Assembly: GCA_029260755.1 (NCBI GenBank)
Contig: JAJDCQ010000115.1
Location: forward strand, 24,929-88,928
Reading direction: 5' to 3'
DNA length: 64,000 bases
Source of the DNA: Planctomycetota bacterium
GTDB lineage: Bacteria; Planctomycetota; J058; JAJDCQ01
The notes below the pieces were generated by a model that ran no database searches, had not been told where the DNA came from, and saw nothing but the letters and a program-made list of their open reading frames with translations. The translations under genes and the position numbers were made by a program. Positions 27,939 to 37,332 of this stretch are shown here, piece after piece. Each line of letters opens with the position of its first letter. Position 1 is the first letter of the stretch.

Positions 27939-29921
27939 TCAGGCGCTGCAGCGGAGCGCGACGAGCGTGATGTCGTCGTGGGGTACGGCGCTCCCTCGGA
28001 ACGCCTTCAGCTCGTCGTGGATCTTGTTGCAGAGCGCCTCGGGCGGAAGGTGACCCCACTTGCCGAACATGCCGACGAGGCAGTCGAGGCCGAGCTCCTC
28101 GAGCCCCTCGTTTCGCGCCTCGGTCACGCCGTCGCTGTAGAGGAGGATCTGGTCGCCCGGCGCCAAGATGATCTCTTTCTCCTGCATCATCTCGTTCGCC
28201 CGCGCGATCACCGCGAGCGCGACTCCGCCCGAGCGGGTGCACTCGGTCTTGCCGCACTCGCCGTAGGCGGCCGCCGCGCTTCGATACGCGGCGATCGAGG
28301 TCGGGTCGACCCCGGGCGGCGCGGGCGCCTGGTGGCGATAGACGAGGACGTGCTCGTGTCCGGCCGGCGTGAAACGGAAGCTCCGGTGCCGCGCCCACCA
28401 GTTGCAGACGAGCGCCGTCATGAACATGCCGCGCTTGACCGAGCCGCAGAGGAGCGTGTTGAGGTTCTGAAGGATCGGCGTCGTCGAGGTCGGCACGCCC
28501 TGGCTCGCGATGAGCGAGTGGAGCACCGTCCGCGCCATCGTCATGACCATGCCGGCGCCGACGCCCTTGCCCGACACGTCGCCGATGCAGATCGTCAGGC
28601 TCTCTGTCGTGTCGGCGTGAGGGAGGAAGTCGTAGTAGTCGCCGCCGACCTCGCGGGCCGGCACCATCAACCCCCAGATCTGAAGGCCGTCGACGTCGGG
28701 GAACGACTTCGGCAGGAGCTGGCGCTGGATCTCGGCGGCCCGGTCCATCTCGTGGGCCATCCGGGCCTGCTCGGTCGCGGCCAGGTAGAGCTTCGCGTTG
28801 ACGATCGCGACGGCCGCCGAGCCGGCGAGCGACTCGAGCAGCTCGAGGTCGGTCGGCCCGAACTCCTTGTTCGACATCTTGCTGTCGATGTAGAGGAGCC
28901 CGATGACCTCCCCCTTCTCGAGGAGCGGCACGCACATCACCGACTGGAGCTCCATCTGCACGATCGAGACGCTCGTGCTGCCCGAGTCGCTCGTGTCGGT
29001 GAGCACCTGCGCCTTCTTCGCCTTGATGGCGGCCTCGGCCATCGACTTCGAGAACGCGAAGTGGCTCTCCTGGAGCGTCCGCCGGCGATCGTCGCGGCCG
29101 ACCTTGTAGACGAGGGTGCGCGACTCGCCCTTGCCCTCGAGGAGCATCACGTAGCCGCGCTCCGCCTTGCTGATTCCGATCGCGTGGTCGGTCACCAGGA
29201 CGAGCAGCTCATCGAGGTCGAGCGTCCGCGAGAGCGACTGACCGACCTCGTAGAGCTTGGCGATGCTCTCCTTGAGCTGGAGGATCTCGTTCCGGTCGCG
29301 GTCGGCCTTGTCGAAGATCCGGCTGTTCTCGATCGAGACGGCGGCCTGGCGGGCGAGCGCCTGGACCAGGCGCATCGCCTCCTTCGAGAGCGACTCGACC
29401 TCGTCAGTGCTGTCGACGTAGATCACGCCGCCGACCCGCTCCTCGCCGCGGTCGCCGCCGCCGAAGATCAGCGGGACGCAGATCAGGGTGCGAAGCCCGA
29501 GCGAGGCGATCGAGGCGCTCGCGTCGCCGCCGGCGATCGCGTCGGTCATGAAGACCGCCTCGCCGCCCTGGATCACGCGCTTGATCATCGTGGTGGAGAA
29601 CTCGCGACTGCTGAGGGTCTCCTGCGTGATCCCGACCCCGACCTTGAACCGGAGCTTGCTCCCGTCCTCCATGAGCATGATGAAGCCGCGCTGGGCGCCG
29701 GTGATGTCGATCACCGAGGCCATGATCGCGGCGAGCAGCTCCTGGGGATCCAGGATCGAGCTGATCTTCTGGAAGGTCTCGATGACCCGGGAGTCGAGCG
29801 CGCCCGGCGGCGGCAGCGTGACGGTCGGAGCCGTCGTCGCCGCCTCCCCGTCGAGCGACCCGATGATCGAGTCGACCTTCTTGCGGATCTCCTCGAGGAT
29901 CCCGAGGTCGTCGGGGTCCAC
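27939..29921 (-). CDS. GAF-GAF-PP2C (SpoIIE/RsbU-family) phosphatase
   Basis: Two GAF domains (ICVPL...GVIYVD; MCVPL...GLLYID), AAEIQRQLLP, VGGDYYD, IGDVSGKG, YSDGVTEA, DDITL; GTG start with GAGGGG RBS. Confidence 0.93.
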   Translation of the reverse strand: MDPDDLGILEEIRKKVDSIIGSLDGEAATTAPTVTLPPPGALDSRVIETFQKISSILDPQELLAAIMASVIDITGAQRGFIMLMEDGSKLRFKVGVGITQETLSSREFSTTMIKRVIQGGEAVFMTDAIAGGDASASIASLGLRTLICVPLIFGGGDRGEERVGGVIYVDSTDEVESLSKEAMRLVQALARQAAVSIENSRIFDKADRDRNEILQLKESIAKLYEVGQSLSRTLDLDELLVLVTDHAIGISKAERGYVMLLEGKGESRTLVYKVGRDDRRRTLQESHFAFSKSMAEAAIKAKKAQVLTDTSDSGSTSVSIVQMELQSVMCVPLLEKGEVIGLLYIDSKMSNKEFGPTDLELLESLAGSAAVAIVNAKLYLAATEQARMAHEMDRAAEIQRQLLPKSFPDVDGLQIWGLMVPAREVGGDYYDFLPHADTTESLTICIGDVSGKGVGAGMVMTMARTVLHSLIASQGVPTSTTPILQNLNTLLCGSVKRGMFMTALVCNWWARHRSFRFTPAGHEHVLVYRHQAPAPPGVDPTSIAAYRSAAAAYGECGKTECTRSGGVALAVIARANEMMQEKEIILAPGDQILLYSDGVTEARNEGLEELGLDCLVGMFGKWGHLPPEALCNKIHDELKAFRGSAVPHDDITLVALRCSA

Positions 29922-29932
29922 GGCGCTCCCCT

Positions 29933-30148
29933 CTACCCGTCCACCAGCTCGAGGTTTGCCCCGGCGATCACCTTCCGGGTGCCGCGTTCGGGGAACAGGA
30001 CGATCCAGCAGGCGGCCTGGCTGCTGTGATAGAGGATCCGGCCCCGCTCGCCGGCCGCGATCGTGGTTCCATCGGCGAACCGCTGGTCCCGGCTGATCCG
30101 GACGACCGCGCCGGCTCCGATCTCGTTCGTCGGCTTGCTCGCGCCCAC
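29933..30148 (-). CDS. Small hypothetical protein, possible SH3-like beta barrel
   Basis: GAGGAGG RBS with GTG; 71 aa, G.VV.I...G.RG.IL...V.F...LELV; directly upstream of the phosphatase. Confidence 0.55.
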   Translation of the reverse strand: MGASKPTNEIGAGAVVRISRDQRFADGTTIAAGERGRILYHSSQAACWIVLFPERGTRKVIAGANLELVDG

Positions 30149-30333
30149 GGGCTCTCTGCCTCCTCGCGGTGACGACGGACGCGGCCGATCGATGTACCGG
30201 TCGCGGCCGGTGATGATAGCCCTGCGACGGCGCGGCAGCAAGCTGAGCCGCGCCCTTCTTGCAACCCCCCCTGGCAGGTGCTAACATTTTGGACTCGGTC
30301 GGTTACGGAAGTCGAGGAGGCGAGCAACAGCCC

Positions 30334-30813
30334 GTGACCAGAGCGCTGGCGGCGGTCGTGATCCCGGCGGTGCTCGTCCTGGTCGCGGGGTGTCGGCTCG
30401 TCGGTCCGGGTCAGCCCGGGTTCCCGTGGGACTACCGCGGGTTCGCCCTGGTGACGACGCGGACCGACCTCGATCCCACCGTGCCTCACCCCGGCGTGCT
30501 CGTCGTCCTCGCGAACGACGAGGGGGTCGAGGGGGTGCGGCGGGCCGGGCCTCACGACCCTGGTAGTGTCCTGGTGGCCGTCGGTTACGAAGGCGTGCGC
30601 CGCGCCGACGCGGACGACACGGCGGTGACCATCGGAGAGCGACGCACGGTCTGGACGATGCGAAGAGTCGCCGCCCCGCGAGGAGACGACTCCGGATGGC
30701 GCTTCGGAGCCCACGCCGGGGAGACGCTCAAGCGCCTTCCCGCGGATGGGTGCGCCGGATGTCACGCGCGCGCCGTCGAGACCGATCACGTGTTCAGCCG
30801 CTGGGCCGAGTGA
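30334..30813 (+). CDS. Cytochrome P460/c'-beta family lipoprotein
   Basis: Lipobox LVAGC; P.DYR.F, PGSVLV, GWRF, C-terminal CAGCH...DHVF. Confidence 0.75.
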   Translation: MTRALAAVVIPAVLVLVAGCRLVGPGQPGFPWDYRGFALVTTRTDLDPTVPHPGVLVVLANDEGVEGVRRAGPHDPGSVLVAVGYEGVRRADADDTAVTIGERRTVWTMRRVAAPRGDDSGWRFGAHAGETLKRLPADGCAGCHARAVETDHVFSRWAE

Positions 30814-30829
30814 CCGAGGCGGAGGATCG

Positions 30830-32062
30830 GTGGACGACCACGTCGCCAGGACGGTGCGGGACCTGAACTCGAAGATCGGGCTCGTGCGCAAGTACGCCGC
30901 CCGCGACCTGGGCCGCTACTGCGACCCGGCGACGATCGAGGCGCTCCTCCACGCCCTCGCCGATCCCGAGCCAGAGGTTCTCATCGAGGTCGTCGAGTCG
31001 CTCCGTCGCCTCGGCGACAAGCGCGCCATCGAGCCGCTCCGCCGGTTCGCGCGCGCCGGCGCCGGCAGCCTCAGCCAGGCCGCCCTCGGCGCGGCCGTCG
31101 AGCTCGAGTCGGGCAACGTGCGCCCCGTCCGGCCCGGCCCGATCAGCGACCCGGACACCGCCGCGGAGATGCTCGCCGGCCTCAAGGGCGAGCCGGCTCC
31201 ACCGACGTCGCAGAAGCGTCCGCCGCGCGCGGGCGCCCGGTCGCGGCGCCCCGACACGGCCGTCGATCCCGGCTTCAACCTGACCGAGACCGACCCCGCC
31301 CTCCCGCCGCTCGCCGCCGCCGCGACCGAGGAGCGGCCGATTCGCGGCGCGATCCAGAAGCTCACCGAGACGGTCGACCGCCCGATCGTCCGCCTCGACG
31401 ACCCGAACGACGACCTCCTCGACGAGACCGAAGAGGTCGAGCCGCCGATCCCGCCGAGCGCGCGGCGCGAGGAGACCCCGCCGCCCGACTCCTTCGACGA
31501 GCCGCCGAGCGAGGACTACCACGGGAACGAGCTGCCCGACCCCTTCGACTCCGACGACCTCGACGACGACGACGAGGACTTCCTCGGGGGCGCGCCGAGC
31601 GAGCGGAACCTTCCGACGGCGCCTCGCGCCCCCACCTCGGGGAGCGAGTCCGCCCGCCGCCGGGCGACCCTGGTGACCGAGGCGATGCAGGGGACGGACG
31701 CGGTCGTGGCGGCGCGAGACTACGGCTTCAAGATCACCGTCCCTCTCCTCGGCGGGAAGCGTCGCCAGAAGGTGCGCGTCGTCTTCGAGAACTCCGATCC
31801 CGAGGGCGACAAGGTCATCCTGATCCACTCGGTCTGCGGGAAGTCGAGCCCGGTCAACTATCGATGGGCGCTCGATGCCAACCGGAAGATGATGTACGGG
31901 CGCATCGCCCTCCGCCACGACCGCGGCGGCGAGCGGTTCATCGTCCTGAACACGCTGCTGGAGTCGACGGCCGACCCGTTCGACCTCCGCAAGAACGTCC
32001 TCGCGATCGCCGACAAGGCGGACTGGATCGAGCGCCAGCTCTCGCCCGTCGACCGCTACTAG
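30830..32062 (+). CDS. HEAT repeats, acidic linker and C-terminal YbjN/T3SS-chaperone-like domain
   Basis: GGAGG RBS; N-terminal HEAT pattern; C-terminal RRQKV.V...IHSVCG...AL..N.....GRIAL...IA..AD..E..L...D.Y. Confidence 0.7.
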   Translation: MDDHVARTVRDLNSKIGLVRKYAARDLGRYCDPATIEALLHALADPEPEVLIEVVESLRRLGDKRAIEPLRRFARAGAGSLSQAALGAAVELESGNVRPVRPGPISDPDTAAEMLAGLKGEPAPPTSQKRPPRAGARSRRPDTAVDPGFNLTETDPALPPLAAAATEERPIRGAIQKLTETVDRPIVRLDDPNDDLLDETEEVEPPIPPSARREETPPPDSFDEPPSEDYHGNELPDPFDSDDLDDDDEDFLGGAPSERNLPTAPRAPTSGSESARRRATLVTEAMQGTDAVVAARDYGFKITVPLLGGKRRQKVRVVFENSDPEGDKVILIHSVCGKSSPVNYRWALDANRKMMYGRIALRHDRGGERFIVLNTLLESTADPFDLRKNVLAIADKADWIERQLSPVDRY

Positions 32063-32106
32063 CCCGGATAGGGGCCATCGGGCTCGCCTTCGGCGAGCAG
32101 ATGGCA

Positions 32107-32310
32107 CCACGGAGGCACGGAGACACGGAGAAGCGACTGCGTGCGCCGTATCCCGGCTCGGACCGAGCCGACCGGCTCCAGGGATGGCTGGCTCCCTCTC
32201 GGTCTCGGTCGCGCGAGGCGACGGGAACCAAGAGAAGGAGGAAGGAGCGGCGGGGTCCGTGCGCGACGTGGCGTCATCCGAAGCTGCTCCGTGCCTCCGT
32301 GCCTCCGTGG
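32107..32310. repeat. Palindromic repeat family B (8-nt units)
   Basis: CCACGGAGGCACGGAGACACGGAG (32107-32130) inverted to CTCCGTGCCTCCGTGCCTCCGTGG (32287-32310). Confidence 0.85.
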
Positions 32311-32439
32311 TTCCATCTCTCATCGACCTGAGGACGAGCCGAGTGCGCGCGGGGCGTCCGGTTATCCGACGAACCTCGATGCAACCCCCGTCATCGCCAC
32401 CAGTTGACATCGACCCAGCCAAAACCCCACAACCCCAGA

Positions 32440-32457
32440 CGTCAAGACATCTTGACG
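32440..32457. promoter_or_regulatory. Candidate operator palindrome
   Basis: CGTCAAGA-CA-TCTTGACG in a GC-poorer intergenic region upstream of 32636. Confidence 0.4.
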
Positions 32458-32635
32458 GCGTCGGGAGGGCGCTTGGTTGGCGGATTCCGCCATGATCTCG
32501 TTCAGTACGTGACGCTCCTAACCCGGTGTTTGGTAGTGGTTTCTGGCAGACTTGTCGTATTTCGCGTATGCTGACTCTACTGCCGCACCTGGCAGTGATC
32601 GAATCGCCTAACTCGCTACACCGGGGTAACCTACA

Positions 32636-34081
32636 ATGGTCCAGCGCATCGTCATCCCCGTCCCGGGGGTCTCGGGACGGTCTCGGGGAGTCCCTGCCCA
32701 GTCCGGCAGCCATACTCGCTTTGATACTCACATCTTGGAGAGCTTCGACGAGGAGCTCCTCGGCGCCATCCCCGGCCGCATGGGCGCGGTCGACGATGAC
32801 CCCGAGCAGCTGCTCCGCACCGAGTTCTTCGACGCCGACCGCATGCGAGGCCACCTCGAGCGGTTCGAGGAGCTCCTCGGGGCCGAGAGCCACCTCGCGG
32901 CGCTTCGCTTCGACCCGATCCGGGTCGCCCAGATCTGCGAGCGCGAGAGCCTCCCGCCGGTCGGAGCCGGAGCCGGCGACGACGCGGCCCGGCGGAAGCT
33001 CTTCGAGAAGCTCTGCTGCCCGGTGACCCTGCGCAAGGCCAAGCGGACGATCGAGCACGCCTACCGCGAGAGCGCCCGCCGGCTCGAGCGCGCGACCCGC
33101 GCCGCCATCCGCAAGGCTGCCAAGAACAGCCGCAACCCCGGACGCCGTTGCCGCGGCCGGCCGCCCGCCGAGCTGCCGAAGGGCGCGCGCTGGGCCGATC
33201 CCGCCGAGGCGCGCAAGGATCTCCTCGCGGTGACCGCCGCCCTGATCCACCTGACGGCCCACCGGAGCCTCGGCCTTCCGCCGGAGCAGAACCCGCTCTT
33301 CGCGACCGTGCTCGAGGTGAGCTGCCGCGAGGCCGCCAAGGCGGCCAGCAAGTCGTGCGGCGTGGCGAGCCGGACCGAGAGCGCCGTCGTCGTCTTCGAC
33401 GGCACCCGCGCCGACCGGGACCCCGAGGTCGTCGCCGACAAGCTCGAATCGACCGACGACGAGGTCGACGACCTGGTCACCCGCCTCGGCGGCGACCCGG
33501 CCCGCGTCCTCGCCCCGGCGATCGCGGCCATGGTCCGCAACGTCCTCCGGCCGACCCTGTCGCTCGACCACCTCCTCGCGCTGGTCGTCGGCGATCAGGC
33601 GACCCGCGGCAAGCGCCAGCGCGACGCCGCCCGCGACGACGACGACGCCGCGCGGCGGGCGCTCGACGCCGCCTTCCGCCGGGACGAGGCGCGCGCCCGC
33701 CGCCGGGGCGACGCCCGCCGGCTCGAGGCCGCCCGCCTGGCCCGCGCCGCCCTCGCGGCGCTCACGCCGGCGGAGAACGCCTTCTTCATCGCCGCCCGGC
33801 GGGCCGCCCTGCGCGACCTCCGGGCGAGCGCGGCGCTCGGCAACGCGCCGGCCGAGGTCGCGCGGGTGCTGACCGACCCGACCGACCCGCACGCCCAGCT
33901 CGGCTTCGCCGCGAGCCTGCGTCAGCTCGGCGCCGTCGAGCGCGCGAGCCGGGTCGAGCGGTTCGTCGAGCGGGTCTTCGGCGTCGCGCCCGCGCCGACG
34001 GCCGCCTGCCCGTCCGGAAAGTTCAACGCCGGCGCGGTCGGGCATCCCTCGGGTCGCTTCGACGCGGCCGCGAGCGCGTAG
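32636..34081 (+). CDS. Hypothetical helical protein
   Basis: 481-codon ORF with host-like codon bias over most of its length; no family motif recognised; start uncertain. Confidence 0.7.
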   Translation: MVQRIVIPVPGVSGRSRGVPAQSGSHTRFDTHILESFDEELLGAIPGRMGAVDDDPEQLLRTEFFDADRMRGHLERFEELLGAESHLAALRFDPIRVAQICERESLPPVGAGAGDDAARRKLFEKLCCPVTLRKAKRTIEHAYRESARRLERATRAAIRKAAKNSRNPGRRCRGRPPAELPKGARWADPAEARKDLLAVTAALIHLTAHRSLGLPPEQNPLFATVLEVSCREAAKAASKSCGVASRTESAVVVFDGTRADRDPEVVADKLESTDDEVDDLVTRLGGDPARVLAPAIAAMVRNVLRPTLSLDHLLALVVGDQATRGKRQRDAARDDDDAARRALDAAFRRDEARARRRGDARRLEAARLARAALAALTPAENAFFIAARRAALRDLRASAALGNAPAEVARVLTDPTDPHAQLGFAASLRQLGAVERASRVERFVERVFGVAPAPTAACPSGKFNAGAVGHPSGRFDAAASA

Positions 34082-34201
34082 AAACCGATACGGATGGAGT
34101 CAGTGGCGCCGAGGGTGCCCGGGGCCGGCCCGGGCGCTCGCGGTGCCGCGGCGTGTACGGGTTGGTCGGTGACCGCCGCGCGACGGGGCCGCCGACTGGT
34201 G

Positions 34202-34757
34202 GGCGAAGCGATTGCCGACGGACGGGGGCCTCGGGCCTGCGCCCTGCTTCGGATGTCGCGGATTGGCCGAGCCGTCGCCTCCCGTTCGGAGCTCTTCTGG
34301 GCAGCCAGCGCGGGGGTCAGAGCGCCGGTTGCCGCTCGCTCGAAACGGGGTTGCCGCAGCAGGCCCCCCTCCCGAGCGGCAACCGGACGACACTGACCCC
34401 CACCCCAATGCCGGCCCGCGGAGAGTCGCCCGAACCCGGTCTCCGCTGGTGCGGACTCGCGAACCCACGCCCTGGATCGCGCCGACGGCCCCGGGCCCCG
34501 CTTCGGGTTCGCGAACCCACCACTTGGATCGAGCGGAGGGCCCCGGGCCCCGCATTGGGGGTCAGTGTCGTCTTCCTGCTGTCTTGGGAGGAGAGCACGC
34601 TCCGGCAACCCCGCTCCGACCAAGCAGCAGGAAGCGCTCTGACCCCCGCGCTGGCTGCCCCGGAACGTTCCGAACGGGAAACCGCGGCTCGGCCCGCCCG
34701 CCCGCTCCGAAGCAGGCCGCCCGCCCGCGGCCCTCGCCCGTCGGCAATCGCTTCGCC
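34202..34757. repeat. Two inverted copies of a ~200-nt structured element with a tandem ~45-nt repeat between them
   Basis: 34202-~34410 (+) is colinear with 34757-~34552 (-); shared blocks GGCGAAGCGATTGCCGACGG, GGGCAGCCAGCGCGGGGGTCAGAGCGC, GACGACACTGACCCCCA. Confidence 0.9.
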
Positions 34758-34822
34758 TGAGGTTCGGCATTGGCCTCGCACGGGGCGACGCGCGGTTGAC
34801 CCCGTTTGGTAGGGTGACCGCC

Positions 34823-35617
34823 ATGACCGAGAGCCCTGAGGCGGCCAACCAATCCGCAGCCCCCCCGACTCCGCCCCCCCTGGTCGTCGCCTCCGGGCTC
34901 CGCCGCGACTACCAGGTCGGACAGTCCACCGTCCACGCCCTCGCGGGGATCGACGTCACCATCGCCGCGAGCGAAGCAGTCGCCATCGTCGGCCGGAGCG
35001 GCAGCGGGAAGTCGACCCTGCTGAACGTGCTCGGCGGCCTCGAGCGGCCGAGCGCCGGGTCGATCACGGTCGCGGGGCACGACCTCGGCTGCCTCTCGCG
35101 GGACGAGCTCGCGGTCTACCGGCTGCGCACGGTGGGGTTCGTGTTCCAGTCGTTCCACCTGGTGCCGCACCTGTCGGTGCTCGAGAACGTGGCGTTGCCA
35201 ATGATGATCGCCGGCGTCGGCTGGCTCGCCCGACGGCGGCGGGCCAAGGAGCTGCTCGAGCGGACCGGGCTGAGCGAACGGATGCGGCATCGGCCGACCG
35301 AGCTCTCCGGCGGCGAGCGCCAGCGAGTCGCCGTCGCCCGCGCCCTCGCGAACGAGCCGAAGCTGCTCCTCGCCGATGAGCCGACGGGCAACCTCGACAC
35401 GAAGACGGCCGGCGAGATCATGGGCCTGATCCGCGAGGAGCGGACCCGGGCCGGGGCGGCGCTCGTCCTGGTCACCCACGAGCGCGACGTCGCCCACGAG
35501 AACGCCGAGCGGATGATCGAGCTTCAGGACGGCGCCGTGCTCTCGGATCGACCGACCGCCCCCTCCGGCGAGGTCGCCGAACAAGCAGACGCGGCGGGCG
35601 CGGAGGAGGCGGCGTGA
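34823..35617 (+). CDS. ABC ATP-binding protein (LolD/MacB family)
   Basis: GRSGSGKS, GFVFQSFHL, LSGGERQRVA.ARAL, ADEPTGNLD, VTH. Confidence 0.95.
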   Translation: MTESPEAANQSAAPPTPPPLVVASGLRRDYQVGQSTVHALAGIDVTIAASEAVAIVGRSGSGKSTLLNVLGGLERPSAGSITVAGHDLGCLSRDELAVYRLRTVGFVFQSFHLVPHLSVLENVALPMMIAGVGWLARRRRAKELLERTGLSERMRHRPTELSGGERQRVAVARALANEPKLLLADEPTGNLDTKTAGEIMGLIREERTRAGAALVLVTHERDVAHENAERMIELQDGAVLSDRPTAPSGEVAEQADAAGAEEAA

Positions 35618-36942
35618 AGCGCATCGACCTGATCCGCCTCACCCTCTCGAACCTCCGCCGCCAGAAGCTCCGCACCGCCCTGACGGTGACCGGCGTGATC
35701 GTCGGCACCGCCGCCGTGACGACGATGGTCAGCATCGGGATCGGCGTGAAGCGAAGCCTGATCGCCCCGCTCGAGCAGGCGGAGCTCCTCACCAGCCTGA
35801 CGGTGCAGCCGGTGAAGCTCGACCTCGGCTCGTTCAGCTTCTCCGATCTCGGGCGCGGCGGGATGCAAAAGCTCCGCGAGCGAAAGTCGATCACCGACGA
35901 GACGATCGCCGAGATCGCGGCCATCGAGCACGTCCGGGTCGTCTACCCCGACAAGAACGTGCCGCTCTCGCTCGAGGTCGAGGGCGGGAAGATCTCGGTC
36001 GTCGGGATCGACGTCATCCCGGACGCGGCCATCACCGAGGGCATGCGCGAGGCGATCCTCGCCGGCGGGTACTGGGATCAGACCGGCCGAGGCGGGGCCG
36101 TCCTGCCGAGCAGCCGGCTCGAGGACCTCGGCGTGGCGAGCCCCGAGGAGGCCGTCGGCCGAGACGCGATCTTCCGATCGCCCGGAGCGTTCTACGAGAC
36201 GAAGCCCGGCGCGGAGGTCTCCGAGAACCGGCGCCGCGTCACCGTCCCCATCATTGGCGTCTACGAGAGCCAGGCGCTCGGCCTGGCCGGCACCCGCGTC
36301 CTGCTCCCGCCCGGGGTCGGCGACGACGCCGCCGAGCTCGCCGGCCCGATCGGCAAGATGACCTTCGGCGGCCCCGTGAAGGACGGCGAGTACCGAGCCC
36401 TCTCGGTGAAGGTGACCGACTTCGAGCACCTCGACGAGGTCCGCGCCGCGATCGACGACAAGGGCTACGGCACGATGACGGCCGGCGACCTCATCGGCGT
36501 CATCGACACCGTGTTCATCGGCATCGAGGCGGCCCTCGGCCTGATCGGAAGCGTCGGTCTGATCGTCGCCTTCTTCGGCATCGCGAACACGATGGTGATG
36601 GCGGTGCTGGAGCGAACGAGAGAGATCGGAACGCTCAAGGCGCTCGGAGCCCGCGACCGCGACGTTCGCCGCCTCTTCGTGATGGAGGCGGCCACGATCG
36701 GGTTCCTCGGGGGCCTCCTCGGCGTCGGAGTCTCGAAGCTCCTCGGAGCGCTCGGCGACCTGATCGCCAACGCCTTCTTCGCCCGGGGCGAGAACCAGAC
36801 CCCGCTCGACCTCTTCCAGATCTCGACCCCGCTGGCCCTGGGAGCGGTCGCGTTCGCGGTGGTGACGGCCGTGATCGCGGGAGCCTACCCGGCGTGGCGA
36901 GCGTCGCGGCTGGACCCGGTGGTGGCGCTGCGCCATGAGTAG
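35614..36942 (+). CDS. ABC permease (MacB/FtsX family)
   Basis: KLRTALT..GV..G, GIANTM.MAV.ERTREIG.LKALGA, YPAWRASRLDPV.ALRHE. Confidence 0.95.
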   Translation: MKRIDLIRLTLSNLRRQKLRTALTVTGVIVGTAAVTTMVSIGIGVKRSLIAPLEQAELLTSLTVQPVKLDLGSFSFSDLGRGGMQKLRERKSITDETIAEIAAIEHVRVVYPDKNVPLSLEVEGGKISVVGIDVIPDAAITEGMREAILAGGYWDQTGRGGAVLPSSRLEDLGVASPEEAVGRDAIFRSPGAFYETKPGAEVSENRRRVTVPIIGVYESQALGLAGTRVLLPPGVGDDAAELAGPIGKMTFGGPVKDGEYRALSVKVTDFEHLDEVRAAIDDKGYGTMTAGDLIGVIDTVFIGIEAALGLIGSVGLIVAFFGIANTMVMAVLERTREIGTLKALGARDRDVRRLFVMEAATIGFLGGLLGVGVSKLLGALGDLIANAFFARGENQTPLDLFQISTPLALGAVAFAVVTAVIAGAYPAWRASRLDPVVALRHE

Positions 36943-37102
36943 TGATGATCGATCGGCTCACGCAGCGGCGCAGAGTCGGCTTCGCCGACGATTTCTCACG
37001 CCAGGGACGCCAAGGGGCCAAGGCCGCCAAGGGTCCCGACTCGAACATTGGCGGGCTTGGCGTGACCGTGACGCGTCGGCAATGGCTCGGCGACGCCCGA
37101 AT

Positions 37103-37191
37103 CAATCCGAGCAATCCGCGAAATCCGCGGTTCGGTCTCTCTCGGCGTTGAGCCCAGTGGGAACCGCGGATTACGCGGATTACGCGGATTG
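37103..37191. repeat. Palindromic intergenic repeat, family A copy 3
   Basis: AATCCG-based arms around the spacer GGTCTCTCTCGGCGTTGAGCCCAGTGG. Confidence 0.9.
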
Positions 37192-37246
37192 CGAGTTGCC
37201 GGGTCCGGATTCATTGCCGTTGCGCGGGCCGTTCCAAAGGGCCGAA

Positions 37247-37302
37247 GGGGTCAGGTCTCGGATCTTCGCATCAAGGCCACCGTTGCAAGGATCCGAGACC
37301 TG
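37247..37302. repeat. REP-like hairpin (GGGGTCAGGTCT family)
   Basis: CAGGTCTCGGATC (37252-37264) pairs with GATCCGAGACCTG (37290-37302). Confidence 0.75.
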
Positions 37303-37332
37303 GCGCGTGGGCTCTTTCGGCGCCGCCAACGA

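Noticed and set aside
34000..34050. SEC-C motif at the end of ORF 32636 (ACPSGKF)
   Set aside because: Only one Cys; the CPCGSGKKYKxC ligands are missing.
34094..34781. Paired ORFs containing GEAIADGRGPRA
   Set aside because: They are translations of the inverted element; differences are largely non-synonymous and the frames diverge, so non-coding is preferred.
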